Notes under the pieces: model-generated | Told to the model about the DNA's origin: nothing | The model's database searches: none | The model's input: only the letters and a program-made list of their open reading frames with translations | NCBI GenBank assembly: GCA_905233415.1 | Contig: CAJOEX010000003.1 | Location: 21,630-85,629 of the forward strand | Direction: 5' to 3' | DNA: 64,000 nt | DNA from: Paludibacteraceae bacterium | GTDB taxonomy: Bacteria; Bacteroidota; Bacteroidia; Bacteroidales; Paludibacteraceae | Program-made: the position numbers and the translations under genes | Shown: piece by piece, positions 63,411 to 64,000 of the stretch | How the letters are laid out: every line of letters begins with the position of its first letter | Position numbering within the stretch: position 1 is the stretch's first letter

Positions 63411-64000
63411 TCAGTATCGACGGATGGAAACAAGGTGGTGCGTGTAGTCACCGCCTTTTTTTGTGGATGAAACATGCGGCTCTTGTGAAAAAATGCCGCA
63501 TTCATCGAGCTTTTCAACTTTCACGCGACCGGAACAATGGATGATTCTTGAGTTGTCAAGGATTAACCCGACGTGCGAAATCTTTCCGTCATGATGGTCA
63601 AAGAAAGCGAGGTCGCCTGCAAGCGCATCTTGTATTGATTTTACGGGCATTCCCTGTGTCGCTTGTTCGGAGGCATTCCGGAGTAGATGATGACCGAACA
63701 AGGAGTGGATTATTTGCGTAAAGCCGGAACAGTCCATGCCAAGTGCATTTTTCCCGCCCCACAAATAGGGGATATTCAGGAAGAAACGCGCCGTATTCAT
63801 CAGATTCTCGGCATTCATTTCCAATGGCTGCGGTGCAACCATGAGCGCATCAACACGGAAGTTTACACCCAGGACGGAAAAACGACCGTCTTTGTAGTCG
63901 GGAAGAACAGTACCGGCGGTTAAAGGGATGGTCTGACCGTTGTTTTCACTCAAGGCAAAGGTTACCGGCATCTTAATGCGGGCGGTTTTATCGGCTTTTG
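63411..64000 (-). CDS. C40 (NlpC/P60) family peptidase, C-terminal part (the gene continues past the right edge)
   Basis: ...IPYLWGGKNALGMDCSGFTQIIHSLFG...GDLAFFDHHDGKISHVGLILDNSRIIHCSG carries the catalytic Cys and His blocks. The frame stays open upstream of the listed Met at 63971 (…KADKTARIK-M…) to position 64000. Confidence 0.8.
   Translation of the reverse strand, partial: KADKTARIKMPVTFALSENNGQTIPLTAGTVLPDYKDGRFSVLGVNFRVDALMVAPQPLEMNAENLMNTARFFLNIPYLWGGKNALGMDCSGFTQIIHSLFGHHLLRNASEQATQGMPVKSIQDALAGDLAFFDHHDGKISHVGLILDNSRIIHCSGRVKVEKLDECGIFSQEPHVSSTKKGGDYTHHLVSIRRY

Overview
The window looks like a 64-kb chromosomal segment of a Bacteroidales-type genome. The evidence is the TAnnTTTG -7 promoter boxes in front of most transcription units, the absence of Shine-Dalgarno sequences, and the gene content. 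I did not compute GC or run any search.

Most of the window is housekeeping:
- translation and ribosome: an EF-G paralogue, hpf, rplS, lepA, prfA
- transcription and RNA: tRNA-Arg(TCT) directly in front of rpoD, ybeY
- DNA and nucleotide metabolism: two deoxynucleoside kinases, a XerC/D-type recombinase, uvrB, a secreted endonuclease I
- central metabolism: gcvP followed by two YitT genes, korAB, folD, gmd-fcl, and a glycogen cluster (debranching enzyme, GT4, GH57, porin-like OMP)
- envelope, proteolysis and redox: an RND efflux operon, a Clp ATPase with trxA, a TlpA oxidoreductase, an M16 peptidase, an MscS channel

I saw no rRNA, CRISPR array, transposase or prophage. The only mobile-element trace is a truncated KilA-N remnant.

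The most unusual region is 17578-29259. It is an uninterrupted minus-strand block of 11 genes, and every one encodes an exported or membrane-anchored protein. It contains three LPP20-like lipoproteins, a diverged 440/472-aa paralogue pair, a collagen-like Gly-rich protein, a beta-helix protein, a LemA-TPM pair and two orphans. I cannot assign the block a function. It lies directly downstream of the RND efflux and YhcH genes on the same strand.

A second layer of signal is non-coding:
- four unrelated tandem arrays, each with an exact 11-bp period
- several exact 'word' families that recur just upstream of start codons: ATTTGAAGATT, GGCGAAAGGTTAnAGG, TAATTGACA and AAATCGTAAATCG
- a recurring palindrome, CGCCCTACGGGC

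Other points: uvrB has no canonical start codon upstream of its conserved N-terminal motif, so an ATT start is likely. The EF-G paralogue lacks the catalytic switch-II histidine.

All family assignments come from motif recognition by eye and need database confirmation.
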